Below, piece after piece: positions 26,001-41,200 of a DNA stretch of 64,000 nt; positions within the stretch are counted from its first letter, which is position 1, and each line of letters begins with the position of its first letter. This DNA is from Auanema rhodensis. Its lineage: Eukaryota; Animalia; Nematoda. The stretch spans positions 1,736,001 to 1,800,000 of the forward strand of contig OZ059894.1 of assembly GCA_964057225.1 (NCBI GenBank). The letters are read 5' to 3'. The notes under the pieces were generated by a model, which saw nothing but the letters and a program-made list of their open reading frames with translations, was not told the DNA's origin and did no database searches. Position numbers and translations under genes: made by a program.

Positions 26001-29000
26001 TGTACACTCAACATAGCTTCCAAAAACATTTTGACAAAAATTTTTTCGAAAAATTTCAGAATAATTTAGCAAAAAGTAGATGTTTTTAGATTCCTTTTTT
26101 CAAGGCAAAGACGATGGACAATGTTATTCAACGAAAAAATTAATTCTTCAGGGTGAAAATCGAGGATATAAGTGTGAACTTATATCAGTTGATATCTCGG
26201 TGCATTTTTAAGCTAGCGCAAATCTGATAACACAGATCGACGCAGCTTAAAAATCCGCATCGAATGCACTACACTACATTGAGGAACGCTTGATACAAAA
26301 ATTAGTTATGATCGTTTGAAAAATGATGCATTAGTGTATGTTGAGTTTCCATGTACACTCAACATTGCTTCCAAAAACATTTTGACAAAAATTTTTTCGA
26401 AAAATTTCAAAATAATTTAGCAAAAAGTAGATGTTTTTAGATTCCTTTTTTCAAGGCAAAGACGATGGACAATGTTATTCAACGAAAAAATTAATTCTTC
26501 AGGGTGAAAATCGATGATATAAGTGTTAACTTATATCAGTTGATATCTCGGTGCATTTTTAAGCTAGCGCAAATCTGATAACACAGATCGACGCAGCTTG
26601 AAAATCCGCATCGAATGCACTATACTACATTGAGGAACGCTTAATACAAAAATTAGTTATGATCGTTTGAAAAATGATGCATTAGTGTATGTTGAGTTTC
26701 CATGTACACTCAACATAGCTTCCAAAAACATTTTGACAAAAATTTTTTCGAAAAATTTCAGAATAATTTAGCAAAAAGTAGATGTTTTTAGATTCCTTTT
26801 TTCAAGGCAAAGACGATGGACAATGTTATTCAACGAAAAAATTAATTCTTCAGGGTGAAAATCGAGGATATAAGTGTGAACTTATATCAGTTGATATCTC
26901 GGTGCATTTTTAAGCTAGCGCAAATCTGATAACACAGATCGACGCAGCTTAAAAATCCGCATCGAATGCACTACACTACATTGAGGAACGCTTGATACAA
27001 AAATTAGTTATGATCGTTTGAAAAATGATGCATTAGTGTATGTTGAGTTTCCATGTACACTCAACATTGCTTCCAAAAACATTTTGACAAAAATTTTTTC
27101 GAAAAATTTCAAAATAATTTAGCAAAAAGTAGATGTTTTTAGATTCCTTTTTTCAAGGCAAAGACGATGGACAATGTTATTCAACGAAAAAATTAATTCT
27201 TCAGGGTGAAAATCGATGATATAAGTGTTAACTTATATCAGTTGATATCTCGGTGCATTTTTAAGCTAGCGCAAATCTGATAACACAGATCGACGCAGCT
27301 TGAAAATCCGCATCGAATGCACTATACTACATTGAGGAACGCTTAATACAAAAATTAGTTATGATCGTTTGAAAAATGATGCATTAGTGTATGTTGAGTT
27401 TCCATGTACACTCAACATAGCTTCCAAAAACATTTTGACTAAAATTTTTTCGAAAAATTTCAGAATAATTTAGCAAAAAGTAGATGTTTTTAAATTCCTT
27501 TTTTCAAGGCAAAGACGATGGACAATGTTATTCAACGAAAAAATTAATTCTTCAGGGTGAAAATCGAGGATATAAGTGTGAACTTATATCAGTTGATATC
27601 TCGGTGCATTTTTAAGCTAGCGCAAATCTGATAACACAGATCGACGCAGCTTGAAAATCCGCATCGAATGCACCATACTACATTGAGGAACGCTTAATAC
27701 AAAAATTAGTTATGATCGTTTGAAAAATGATGCATTAGTGTATGTTGAGTTTCCATGTACACTCAACATAGCTTCCAAAAACATTTTGACAAAAATTTTT
27801 TCGAAAAATTTCAAAATAATTTAGCAAAAAGTAGATGTTTTTAGATTCCTTTTTTCAAGGCAAAGACGATGGACAATGTTATTCAACGAAAAAATTAATT
27901 CTTCAGGGTGAAAATCGAGGATATAAGTGTGAACTTATATCAGTTGATATCTCGGTGCATTTTTAAGCTAGCGCAAATCTGATAACACAGATCGACGCAG
28001 CTTAAAAATCCGCATCGAATGCACTATACTACATTGAGGAACGCTTAATACAAAAATTAGTTATGATCGTTTGAAAAATGATGCATTAGTGTATGTTGAG
28101 TTTCCATGTACACTCAACATTGCTTCCAAAAACATTTTGACAAAAATTTTTTCGAAAAATTTCAAAATAATTTAGCAGAAAGTAGATGTTTTTAGATTCC
28201 TTTTTTCAAGGCAAAGACAATGGACAATGTTATTCAACGAAAAAATTAATTCTTCAGGGTGAAAATCGAGGATATAAGTGTTAACTTATATCAGTTGATA
28301 TCTCGGTGCATTTTTAAGCTAGCGCAAATCTGATAACACAGATCGACGCAGCTTGAAAATCCGCATCGAATGCACTATACTACATTGAGGAACGCTTAAT
28401 ACAAAAATTAGTTATGATCGTTTGAAAAATGATGCATTAGTGTATGTTGAGTTTCCATGTACACTCAACATAGCTTCCAAAAACATTTTGACAAAAATTT
28501 TTTCGAAAAATTTCAGAATAATTTAGCAAAAAGTAGATGTTTTTAGATTCCTTTTTTCAAGGCAAAGACGATGGACAATGTTATTCAACGAAAAAATTAA
28601 TTCTTCAGGGTGAAAATCGAGGATATAAGTGTTAACTTATATCAGTTGATATCTCGGTGCATTTTTAAGCTAGCGCAAATCTGATAACACAGATCGACGC
28701 AGCTTGAAAATCCGCATCGAATGCACTATACTACATTGAAGAACGCTTAATACAAAAATTAGTTATGATCGTTTGAAAAATGATGCATTAGTGTATGTTG
28801 AGTTTCCATGTACACTCAACATAGCTTCCAAAAACATTTTGACAAAAATTTTTTCGAAAAATTTCAGAATAATTTAGCAAAAAGTAGATGTTTTTAAATT
28901 CCTTTTTTCAAGGCAAAGACGATGGACAATGTTATTCAACGAAAAAATTAATTCTTCAGGGTGAAAATCGAGGATATAAGTGTGAACTTATATCAGTTGA

Positions 29001-29135
29001 TATCTCGGTGCATTTTTAAGCTAGCGCAAATCTGATAACACAGATCGACGCAGCTTAAAAATCCGCATCGAATGCACTACACTACATTGAGGAACGCTTA
29101 ATACAAAAATTAGTTATGATCGTTTGAAAAATGAT

Positions 29136-32100
29136 GCATTAGTGTATGTTGAGTTTCCATGTACACTCAACATTGCTTCCAAAAACATTTTGACAAAAAT
29201 TTTTTCGAAAAATTTCAAAATATTTTAGCAAAAAGTAGATGTTTTTAGATTCCTTTTTTCAAGGCAAAGACGATGGACAATGTTATTCAACGAAAAAATT
29301 AATTCTTCAGGGTGAAAATCGAGGATATAAGTGTGAACTTATATCAGTTGATATCTCGGTTTATTTTTAAGCTAGCGCAAATCTGATAACACAGATCGAC
29401 GCAGCTTGAAAATCCGCATCGAATGCACTATACTACTTTGAGAAACGCTTAATACAAAAATTAGTTATGATCGTTTGAAAAATGATGCATTAGTGTATGT
29501 TGAGTTTCCATGTACACTCAACATAGCTTCCAAAAACATTTTGACAAAAATTTTTTCGAAAAATTTCAGAATAATTTAGCAAAAAGTAGATGTTTTTAGA
29601 TTCCTTTTTTCAAGGCAAAGACGATGGACAATGTTATTCAACGAAAAAATTAATTCTTCAGGGTGAAAATCGAGGATATAAGTGTGAACTTATATCAGTT
29701 GATATCTCGGTGCATTTTTAAGCTAGCGCAAATCTGATAACACAGATCGACGCAGCTTACAAATCCGCATCGAATGCACTATACTTCATTGAGGAACGCT
29801 TAATACAAAAATTAGTTATGATCGTTTGAAAAATGATGCATTAGTGTATGTTGAGTTTCCATGTACACTCAACATAGCTTCCAAAAACATTTTGACAAAA
29901 ATTTTTTCGAGAAATTTCAAAATAATTTAGCAAAAAGTAGATGTTTTTAGATTCCTTTTTTCAAGGCAAAGACGATGGACAATGTTATTCAACGAAAAAA
30001 TTAATTCTTCAGGGTGAAAATCGAGGATATAAGTGTGAACTTATATCAGTTGATATCTCGGTGCATTTTTAAGCTAGCGCAAATCTGATAACACAGATCG
30101 ACGCAGCTTAAAAATCCGCATCGAATGCAGTATACTACATTGAGGAACGCTTAATACAAAAATTAGTTATGATTGTTTGAAAAATGATGCATTAGTGTAT
30201 GTTGAGTTTCCATGTACACTCAACATTGCTTCCAAAAACATTTTGACAAAAATTTTTTCGAAAAATTTCAAAATAATTTAGCAGAAAGTAGATGTTTTTA
30301 GATTCCTTTTTTCAAGGCAAAGACGATGGACAATGTTATTCAACGAAAAAATTAATTCTTCAGGGTGAAAATCGAGGATATAAGTGTTAACTTATATCAG
30401 TTGATATCTCGGTGCATTTTTAAGCTAGCGCAAATCTGATAACACAGATCGACGCAGCTTGAAAATCCGCATCGAATGCACTATACTACATTGAGGAACG
30501 CTTAATACAAAAATTAGTTATGATCGTTTGAAAAATGATGCATTAGTGTATGTTGAGTTTCCATGTACACTCAACATAGCTTCCAAAAACATTTTGACAA
30601 AAATTTTTTCGAAAAATTTCAGAATAATTTAGCAAAAAGTAGATGTTTTTAGATTCCTTTTTTCAAGGCAAAGACGATGGACAATGTTATTCAACGAAAA
30701 AATTAATTCTTCAGGGTGAAAATCGAGGATATAAGTGTGAACTTATATCAGTTGATATCTCGGTGCATTTTTAAGCTAGCGCTAATCTGATAACACAGAT
30801 CGACGCAGCTTGAAAATCCGCATCGAATGCACTATACTACATTGAGGAACGCTTAATACAAAAATTAGTTATGATCGTTTGAAAAATGATGCATTAGTGT
30901 ATGTTGAGTTTCCATGTACACTCAACATTGCTTCCAAAAACATTTTGACAAAAATTTTTTCGAAAAATTTCAAAATATTTTAGCAAAAAGTAGATGTTTT
31001 TAGATTCCTTTTTTCAAGGCAAAGACGATGGACAATGTTATTCAACGAAAAAATTAATTCTTCAGGGTGAAAATCGAGGATATAAGTGTGAACTTATATC
31101 AGTTGATATCTCGGTGCATTTTTAAGCTAGCGCAAATCTGATAACACAGATCGACGCAGCTTACAAATCCGCATCGAATGCACTATACTACATTGAGGAA
31201 CGCTTAATACAAAAATTAGTTATGATCGTTTGAAAAATGATGCATTAGTGTATGTTGAGTTTCCATGTACACTCAACATAGCTTCCAAAAACATTTTGAC
31301 AAAAATTTTTTCGAGAAATTTCAAAATAATTTAGCAAAAAGTAGATGTTTTTAGATTCCTTTTTTCAAGGCAAAGACGATGGACAATGTTATTCAACGAA
31401 AAAATTAATTCTTCAGGGTGAAAATCGAGGATATAAGTGTGAACTTATATCAGTTGATATCTCGGTGCATTTTTAAGCTAGCGCAAATCTGATAACACAG
31501 ATCGACGCAGCTTAAAAATCCGCATCGAATGCAGTATACTACATTGAGGAACGCTTAATACAAAAATTAGTTATGATTGTTTGAAAAATGATGCATTAGT
31601 GTATGTTGAGTTTCCATGTACACTCAACATTGCTTCCAAAAACATTTTGACAAAAATTTTTTCGAAAAATTTCAAAATAATTTAGCAGAAAGTAGATGTT
31701 TTTAGATTCCTTTTTTCAAGGCAAAGACGATGGACAATGTTATTCAACGAAAAAATTAATTCTTCAGGGTGAAAATCGAGGATATAAGTGTTAACTTATA
31801 TCAGTTGATATCTCGGTGCATTTTTAAGCTAGCGCAAATCTGATAACACAGATCGACGCAGCTTGAAAATCCGCATCGAATGCACTATACTACATTGAGG
31901 AACGCTTAATACAAAAATTAGTTATGATCGTTTGAAAAATGATGCATTAGTGTATGTTGAGTTTCCATGTACACTCAACATAGCTTCCAAAAACATTTTG
32001 ACAAAAATTTTTTCGAAAAATTTCAGAATAATTTAGCAAAAAGTAGATGTTTTTAGATTCCTTTTTTCAAGGCAAAGACGATGGACAATGTTATTCAACG

Positions 32101-35100
32101 AAAAAATTAATTCTTCAGGGTGAAAATCGAGGATATAAGTGTGAACTTATATCAGTTGATATCTCGGTGCATTTTTAAGCTAGCGCTAATCTGATAACAC
32201 AGATCGACGCAGCTTGAAAATCCGCATCGAATGCACTATACTACATTGAGGAACGCTTAATACAAAAATTAGTTATGATCGTTTGAAAAATGATGCATTA
32301 GTGTATGTTGAGTTTCCATGTACACTCAACATAGCTTCCAAAAACATTTTGACAAAAATTTTTTCGAAAAATTTCAGAATAATTTAGCAAAAAGTAGATG
32401 TTTTTAGATTCCTTTTTTCAAGGCAAAGACGATGGACAATGTTATTCAACGAAAAAATTAATTCTTCAGGGTGAAAATCGAGGATATAAGTGTGAACTTA
32501 TATCAGTTGATATCTCGGTGCATTTTTAAGCTAGCGCAAATCTGATAACACAGATCGACGCAGCTTGAAAATCCGCATCTAATGCACTATACTACTTTGA
32601 GAAACGCTTAATACAAAAATTAGTTATGATCGTTTGAAAAATGATGCATTAGTGTATGTTGAGTTTCCATGTACACTCAACATTGCTTCCAAAAACATTT
32701 TGACAAAAATTTTTTCGAAAAATTTCAGAATAATTTAGCAAAAAGTAGATGTTTTTAGATTCCTTTTTTCAAGGCAAAGACGATGGACAATGTTATTCAA
32801 CGAAAAAATCAATTCTTCAGGGTGAAAATCGAGGATATAAGTGTGAACTTATATCAGTTGATATCTCGGTGCATTTTTAAGCTAGCGCAAATCTGATAAC
32901 ACAGATCGACGCAGCTTGAAAATCCGCATCGAATGCACTATACTACTTTGAGAAACGCTTAATACAAAAACTAGTTATGATCGTTTGAAAAATGATGCAT
33001 TAGTGTATGTTGAGTTTCCATGTACACTCAACATTGCTTCCAAAAACATTTTGACAAAAATTTTTTCGAAAAATTTCAAATTAATTTAGCAGAAAGTATA
33101 TGTTTTTAGATTCCTTTTTTCAAGGCAAAGACGATGGACAATGTTATTCAACGAAAAAATTAATTCTTCAGGGTGAAAATCGAGGATATAAGTGTGAACT
33201 TATATCAGTTGATATCTCGGTGCATTTTTAAGCTAGCGCAAATCTGATAACACAGATCGACGCAGCTTGAAAATCCGCATCGAATGCACTATACTACATT
33301 GAGGAACGCTTAATACAAAAATTAGTTATGATCGTTTGAAAAATGATGCATTAGTGTATGTTGAGTTTCCATGTACACTCAACATTGCTTCCAAAAACAT
33401 TTTGACAAAAATTTTTTCGAAAAATTTCAAAATATTTTAGCAAAAAGTAGATGTTTTTAGATTCCTTTTTTCAAGGCAAAGACGATGGACAATGTTATTC
33501 AACGAAAAAATTAATTCTTCAGGGTGAAAATCGAGGATATAAGTGTGAACTTATATCAGTTGATATCTCGGTTTATTTTTAAGCTAGCGCAAATCTGATA
33601 ACACAGATCGACGCAGCTTGAAAATCCGCATCGAATGCACTATACTACTTTGAGAAACGCTTAATACAAAAATTAGTTATGATCGTTTGAAAAATGATGC
33701 ATTAGTGTATGTTGAGTTTCCATGTACACTCAACATAGCTTCCAAAAACATTTTGACAAAAATTTTTTCGAAAAATTTCAGAATAATTTAGCAAAAAGTA
33801 GATGTTTTTAGATTCCTTTTTTCAAGGCAAAGACGATGGACAATGTTATTCAACGAAAAAATTAATTCTTCAGGGTGAAAATCGAGGATATAAGTGTGAA
33901 CTTATATCAGTTGATATCTCGGTGCATTTTTAAGCTAGCGCAAATCTGATAACACAGATCGACGCAGCTTACAAATCCGCATCGAATGCACTATACTTCA
34001 TTGAGGAACGCTTAATACAAAAATTAGTTATGATCGTTTGAAAAATGATGCATTAGTGTATGTTGAGTTTCCATGTACACTCAACATAGCTTCCAAAAAC
34101 ATTTTGACAAAAATTTTTTCGAGAAATTTCAAAATAATTTAGCAAAAAGTAGATGTTTTTAGATTCCTTTTTTCAAGGCAAAGACGATGGACAATGTTAT
34201 TCAACGAAAAAATTAATTCTTCAGGGTGAAAATCGAGGATATAAGTGTGAACTTATATCAGTTGATATCTCGGTGCATTTTTAAGCTAGCGCAAATCTGA
34301 TAACACAGATCGACGCAGCTTAAAAATCCGCATCGAATGCAGTATACTACATTGAGGAACGCTTAATACAAAAATTAGTTATGATTGTTTGAAAAATGAT
34401 GCATTAGTGTATGTTGAGTTTCCATGTACACTCAACATTGCTTCCAAAAACATTTTGACAAAAATTTTTTCGAAAAATTTCAAAATAATTTAGCAGAAAG
34501 TAGATGTTTTTAGATTCCTTTTTTCAAGGCAAAGACGATGGACAATGTTATTCAACGAAAAAATTAATTCTTCAGGGTGAAAATCGAGGATATAAGTGTT
34601 AACTTATATCAGTTGATATCTCGGTGCATTTTTAAGCTAGCGCAAATCTGATAACACAGATCGACGCAGCTTGAAAATCCGCATCGAATGCACTATACTA
34701 CATTGAGGAACGCTTAATACAAAAATTAGTTATGATCGTTTGAAAAATGATGCATTAGTGTATGTTGAGTTTCCATGTACACTCAACATAGCTTCCAAAA
34801 ACATTTTGACAAAAATTTTTTCGAAAAATTTCAGAATAATTTAGCAAAAAGTAGATGTTTTTAGATTCCTTTTTTCAAGGCAAAGACGATGGACAATGTT
34901 ATTCAACGAAAAAATTAATTCTTCAGGGTGAAAATCGAGGATATAAGTGTGAACTTATATCAGTTGATATCTCGGTGCATTTTTAAGCTAGCGCTAATCT
35001 GATAACACAGATCGACGCAGCTTGAAAATCCGCATCGAATGCACTATACTACATTGAGGAACGCTTAATACAAAAATTAGTTATGATCGTTTGAAAAATG

Positions 35101-37208
35101 ATGCATTAGTGTATGTTGAGTTTCCATGTACACTCAACATTGCTTCCAAAAACATTTTGACAAAAATTTTTTCGAAAAATTTCAAAATATTTTAGCAAAA
35201 AGTAGATGTTTTTAGATTCCTTTTTTCAAGGCAAAGACGATGGACAATGTTATTCAACGAAAAAATTAATTCTTCAGGGTGAAAATCGAGGATATAAGTG
35301 TGAACTTATATCAGTTGATATCTCGGTGCATTTTTAAGCTAGCGCAAATCTGATAACACAGATCGACGCAGCTTACAAATCCGCATCGAATGCACTATAC
35401 TTCATTGAGGAACGCTTAATACAAAAATTAGTTATGATCGTTTGAAAAATGATGCATTAGTGTATGTTGAGTTTCCATGTACACTCAACATAGCTTCCAA
35501 AAACATTTTGACAAAAATTTTTTCGAGAAATTTCAAAATAATTTAGCAAAAAGTAGATGTTTTTAGATTCCTTTTTTCAAGGCAAAGACGATGGACAATG
35601 TTATTCAACGAAAAAATTAATTCTTCAGGGTGAAAATCGAGGATATAAGTGTGAACTTATATCAGTTGATATCTCGGTGCATTTTTAAGCTAGCGCAAAT
35701 CTGATAACACAGATCGACGCAGCTTAAAAATCCGCATCGAATGCAGTATACTACATTGAGGAACGCTTAATACAAAAATTAGTTATGATTGTTTGAAAAA
35801 TGATGCATTAGTGTATGTTGAGTTTCCATGTACACTCAACATTGCTTCCAAAAACATTTTGACAAAAATTTTTTCGAAAAATTTCAAAATAATTTAGCAG
35901 AAAGTAGATGTTTTTAGATTCCTTTTTTCAAGGCAAAGACGATGGACAATGTTATTCAACGAAAAAATTAATTCTTCAGGGTGAAAATCGAGGATATAAG
36001 TGTTAACTTATATCAGTTGATATCTCGGTGCATTTTTAAGCTAGCGCAAATCTGATAACACAGATCGACGCAGCTTGAAAATCCGCATCGAATGCACTAT
36101 ACTACATTGAGGAACGCTTAATACAAAAATTAGTTATGATCGTTTGAAAAATGATGCATTAGTGTATGTTGAGTTTCCATGTACACTCAACATAGCTTCC
36201 AAAAACATTTTGACAAAAATTTTTTCGAAAAATTTCAGAATAATTTAGCAAAAAGTAGATGTTTTTAGATTCCTTTTTTCAAGGCAAAGACGATGGACAA
36301 TGTTATTCAACGAAAAAATTAATTCTTCAGGGTGAAAATCGAGGATATAAGTGTGAACTTATATCAGTTGATATCTCGGTGCATTTTTAAGCTAGCGCTA
36401 ATCTGATAACACAGATCGACGCAGCTTGAAAATCCGCATCGAATGCACTATACTACATTGAGGAACGCTTAATACAAAAATTAGTTATGATCGTTTGAAA
36501 AATGATGCATTAGTGTATGTTGAGTTTCCATGTACACTCAACATAGCTTCCAAAAACATTTTGACAAAAATTTTTTCGAAAAATTTCAGAATAATTTAGC
36601 AAAAAGTAGATGTTTTTAGATTCCTTTTTTCAAGGCAAAGACGATGGACAATGTTATTCAACGAAAAAATTAATTCTTCAGGGTGAAAATCGAGGATATA
36701 AGTGTGAACTTATATCAGTTGATATCTCGGTGCATTTTTAAGCTAGCGCAAATCTGATAACACAGATCGACGCAGCTTGAAAATCCGCATCTAATGCACT
36801 ATACTACTTTGAGAAACGCTTAATACAAAAACTAGTTATGATCGTTTGAAAAATGATGCATTAGTGTATGTTGAGTTTCCATGTACACTCAACATTGCTT
36901 CCAAAAACATTTTGACAAAAATTTTTTCGAAAAATTTCAAATTAATTTAGCAGAAAGTATATGTTTTTAGATTCCTTTTTTCAAGGCAAAGACGATGGAC
37001 AATGTTATTCAACGAAAAAATTAATTCTTCAGGGTGAAAATCGAGGATATAAGTGTGAACTTATATCAGTTGATATCTCGGTGCATTTTTAAGCTAGCGC
37101 AAATCTGATAACACAGATCGACGCAGCTTGAAAATCCGCATCGAATGCACTATACTACATTGAGGAACGCTTAATACAAAAATTAGTTATGATCGTTTGA
37201 AAAATGAT
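29136..37208. repeat. 12-monomer (4212-bp) duplication with a nested 4-mer; second copy one monomer shorter (M84-95 / M96-106)
   Basis: Private GC226-227TT at 29361 and 33573; A74G at 29911, 31315, 34123, 35527. Confidence 0.87.
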
Positions 37209-38261
37209 GCATTAGTGTATGTTGAGTTTCCATGTACACTCAACATTGCTTCCAAAAACATTTTGACAAAAATTTTTTCGAAAAATTTCAGAATAATTTA
37301 GCAAAAAGTAGATGTTTTTAGATTCCTTTTTTCAAGGCAAAGACGATGGACAATGTTATTCAACGAAAAAATTAATTCTTCAGGGTGAAAATCGAGGATA
37401 TAAGTGTGAACTTATATCAGTTGATATCTCGGTGCATTTTTAAGCTAGCGCAAATCTGATAACACAGATCGACGCGGCTTGAAAATCCGCATCGAATGCA
37501 CTATACTACTTTGAGAAACGCTTAATACAAAAACTAGTTATGATCGTTTGAAAAATGATGCATTAGTGTATTTTGAGTTTCCATGTACACTCAACATTGC
37601 TTCCAAAAACATTTTGACAAAAATTTTTTCGAAAAATTTCAGAATAATTTAGCAGAAAGTATATGTTTTTAGATTCCTTTTTTCAAGGCAAAGACGATGG
37701 ACAATGTTATTCAACGAAAAAATTAATTCTTCAGGGTGAAAATCGAGGATATAAGTGTGAACTTATATCAGTTGATATCTCGGTGCATTTTTAAGCTAGC
37801 GCTAATCTGATAACACAGATCGACGCAGCTTGAAAATCCGCATCGAATGCACTATACTACATTGAGGAACGCTTAATACAAAAATTAGTTATGATCGTTT
37901 GAAAAATGATGCATTAGTGTATGTTGAGTTTCCATGTACACTCAACATAGCTTCCAAAAACATTTTGACAAAAATTTTTTCGAAAAATTTCAGAATAATT
38001 TAGCAAAAAGTAGATGTTTTTAGATTCCTTTTTTCAAGGCAAAGACGATGGACAATGTTATTCAACGAAAAAATTAATTCTTCAGGGTGAAAATCGAGGA
38101 TATAAGTGTGAACTTATATCAGTTGATATCTCGGTGCATTTTTAAGCTAGCGCAAATCTGATAACACAGATCGACGCAGCTTGAAAATCCGCATCTAATG
38201 CACTATACTACTTTGAGAAACGCTTAATACAAAAATTAGTTATGATCGTTTGAAAAATGAT

Positions 38262-41200
38262 GCATTAGTGTATGTTGAGTTTCCATGTACACTCAACATT
38301 GCTTCCAAAAACATTTTGACAAAAATTTTTTCGAAAAATTTCAGAATAATTTAGCAAAAAGTAGATGTTTTTAGATTTCTTTTCTCAAGGCAAAGACGAT
38401 GGACAATGTTATTCAACGAAAAAATTAATTCTTCAGGGTGAAAATCGAGGATATAAGTGTGAACTTATATCAGTTGATATCTCGGTGCATTTTCAAGCTA
38501 GCGCAAATCTGATAACACAGATCGACGCAGCTTGAAAATCCGCATCGAATGCACTATACTACTTTGAGAAACGCTTAATACAAAAATTAGTTATGATCGT
38601 TTGAAAAATGATGCATTAGTGTATGTTGAGTTTCCATGTACACTCAACATTGCTTCCAAAAACATTTTGGCAAAAATTTTTTCGAAAAATTTCAAAATAA
38701 TTTAGCAGAAAGTAGATGTTTTTAGATTCCTTTTTTCAAGGCAAAGACGATGGACAATGTTATTCAACGAAAAAATTAATTCTTCAGGGTGAAAATCGAG
38801 GATATAAGTGTTAACTTATATCAGTTGATATCTCGGTGCATTTTTAAGCTAGCGCAAATCTGATAACACAGATCGACGCAGCTTGAAAATCCGCATCGAA
38901 TGCACTATACTACTTTGAGAAACGCTTAATACAAAAATTAGTTATGATCGTTTGAAAAATGATGCATTAGTGTATGTTGAGTTTCCATGTACACTCAACA
39001 TTGCTTCCAAAAACATTTTGGCAAAAATTTTTTCGAAAAATTTCAAAATAATTTAGCAGAAAGTAGATGTTTTTAGATTCCTTTTTTCAAGGCAAAGACG
39101 ATGGACAATGTTATTCAACGAAAAAATTAATTCTTCAGGGTGAAAATCGAGGATATAAGTGTTAACTTATATCAGTTGATATCTCGGTGCATTTTTAAGC
39201 TAGCGCAAATCTGATAACACAGATCGACGCAGCTTGAAAATCCGCATCGAATGCACTATACTACATTGAGGAACGCTTAATACAAAAATTAGTTATGATC
39301 GTTTGAAAAATGATGCATTAGTGTATGTTGAGTTTCCATGTACACTCAACATAGCTTCCAAAAACATTTTGACAAAAATTTTTTCGAAAAATTTCAGAAT
39401 AATTTAGCAAAAAGTAGATGTTTTTAGATTTCTTTTTTTAAGGCAAAGACGATGGACAATGTTATTCAACGAAAAAATTAATTCTTCAGGGTGAAAATCG
39501 AGGATATAAGTGTGAACTTATATCAGTTGATATCTCGGTGCATTTTTAAGCTAGCGCAAATCTGATAACACAGATCGACGCAGCTTGAAAATCCGCATCG
39601 AATGCACTATACTACTTTGAGAAACGCTTAATACAAAAATTAGTTATGATCGTTTGAAAAATGATGCATTAGTGTATGTTGAGTTTCCATGTACACTCAA
39701 CATTGCTTCCAAAAACATTTTGACAAAAATTTTTTCGAAAAATTTCAGAATATTTTAGCAAAAAGTAGATGTTTTTAGATTCCTTTTTTCAAGGCAAAGA
39801 CGATGGACAATGTTATTCAACGAAAAAATTAATTCTTCAGGGTGAAAATCGAGGATATAAGTGTGAACTTATATCAGTTGATATCTCGGTGCATTTTTAA
39901 GCTAGCGCAAATCTGATAACACAGATCGACGCAGCTTGAAAATCCGCATCGAATGCACTATACTACATTGAGGAACGCTTAATACAAAAATTAGTTATGA
40001 TCGTTTGAAAAATGATGCATTAGTGTATGTTGAGTTTCCATGTACACTCAACATAGCTTCCAAAAACATTTTGACAAAAATTTTTTCGAAAAATTTCAGA
40101 ATAATTTAGCAAAAAGTAGATGTTTTTAGATTTCTTTTTTTAAGGCAAAGACGATGGACAATGTTATTCAACGAAAAAATTAATTCTTCAGGGTGAAAAT
40201 CGAGGATATAAGTGTGAACTTATATCAGTTGATATCTCGGTGCATTTTTAAGCTAGCGCAAATCTGATAACACAGATCGACGCAGCTTAAAAATCCGCAT
40301 CGAATGCACTATACTACATTGAGGAACGCTTAATACAAAAATTAGTTATGATCGTTTGAAAAATGATGCATTAGTGTATGTTGAGTTTCCATGTACACTC
40401 AACATTGCTTCCAAAAACATTTTGACAAAAATTTTTTCGAAAAATTTCAGAATAATTTAGCAAAAAGTAGATGTTTTTAGATTCCTTTTTTCAAGGCAAA
40501 GACGATGGACAATGTTATTCAACGAAAAAATTAATTCTTCAGGGTGAAAATCGAGGATATAAGTGTGAACTTATATCAGTTGATATCTCGGTGCATTTTT
40601 AAGCTAGCGCAAATCTGATAACACAGATCGACGCAGCTTGAAAATCCGCATCGAATGCACTATACTACTTTGAGAAACGCTTAATACAAAAATTAGTTAT
40701 GATCGTTTGAAAAATGATGCATTAGTGTATGTTGAGTTTCCATGTACACTCAACATTGCTTCCAAAAACATTTTGACAAAAGTTTTTTCGAAAAATTTCA
40801 AATTAATTTAGCAGAAAGTATATGTTTTTAGATTCCTTTTTTCAAGGCAAAGACGATGGACAATGTTATTCAACGAAAAAATTAATTCTTCAGGGTGAAA
40901 ATCGAGGATATAAGTGTGAACTTATATCAGTTGATATCTCGGTGCATTTTTAAGCTAGCGCAAATCTGATAACACAGATCGACGCAGCTTGAAAATCCGC
41001 ATCGAATGCACTATACTACTTTGAGAAACGCTTAATACAAAAATTAGTTATGATCGTTTGAAAAATGATGCATTAGTGTATGTTGAGTTTCCATGTACAC
41101 TCAACATTGCTTCCAAAAACATTTTGACAAAAATTTTTTCGAAAAATTTCAAATTAATTTAGCAAAAAGTAGATGTTTTTAGATTCCTTTTTTCAAGGCA

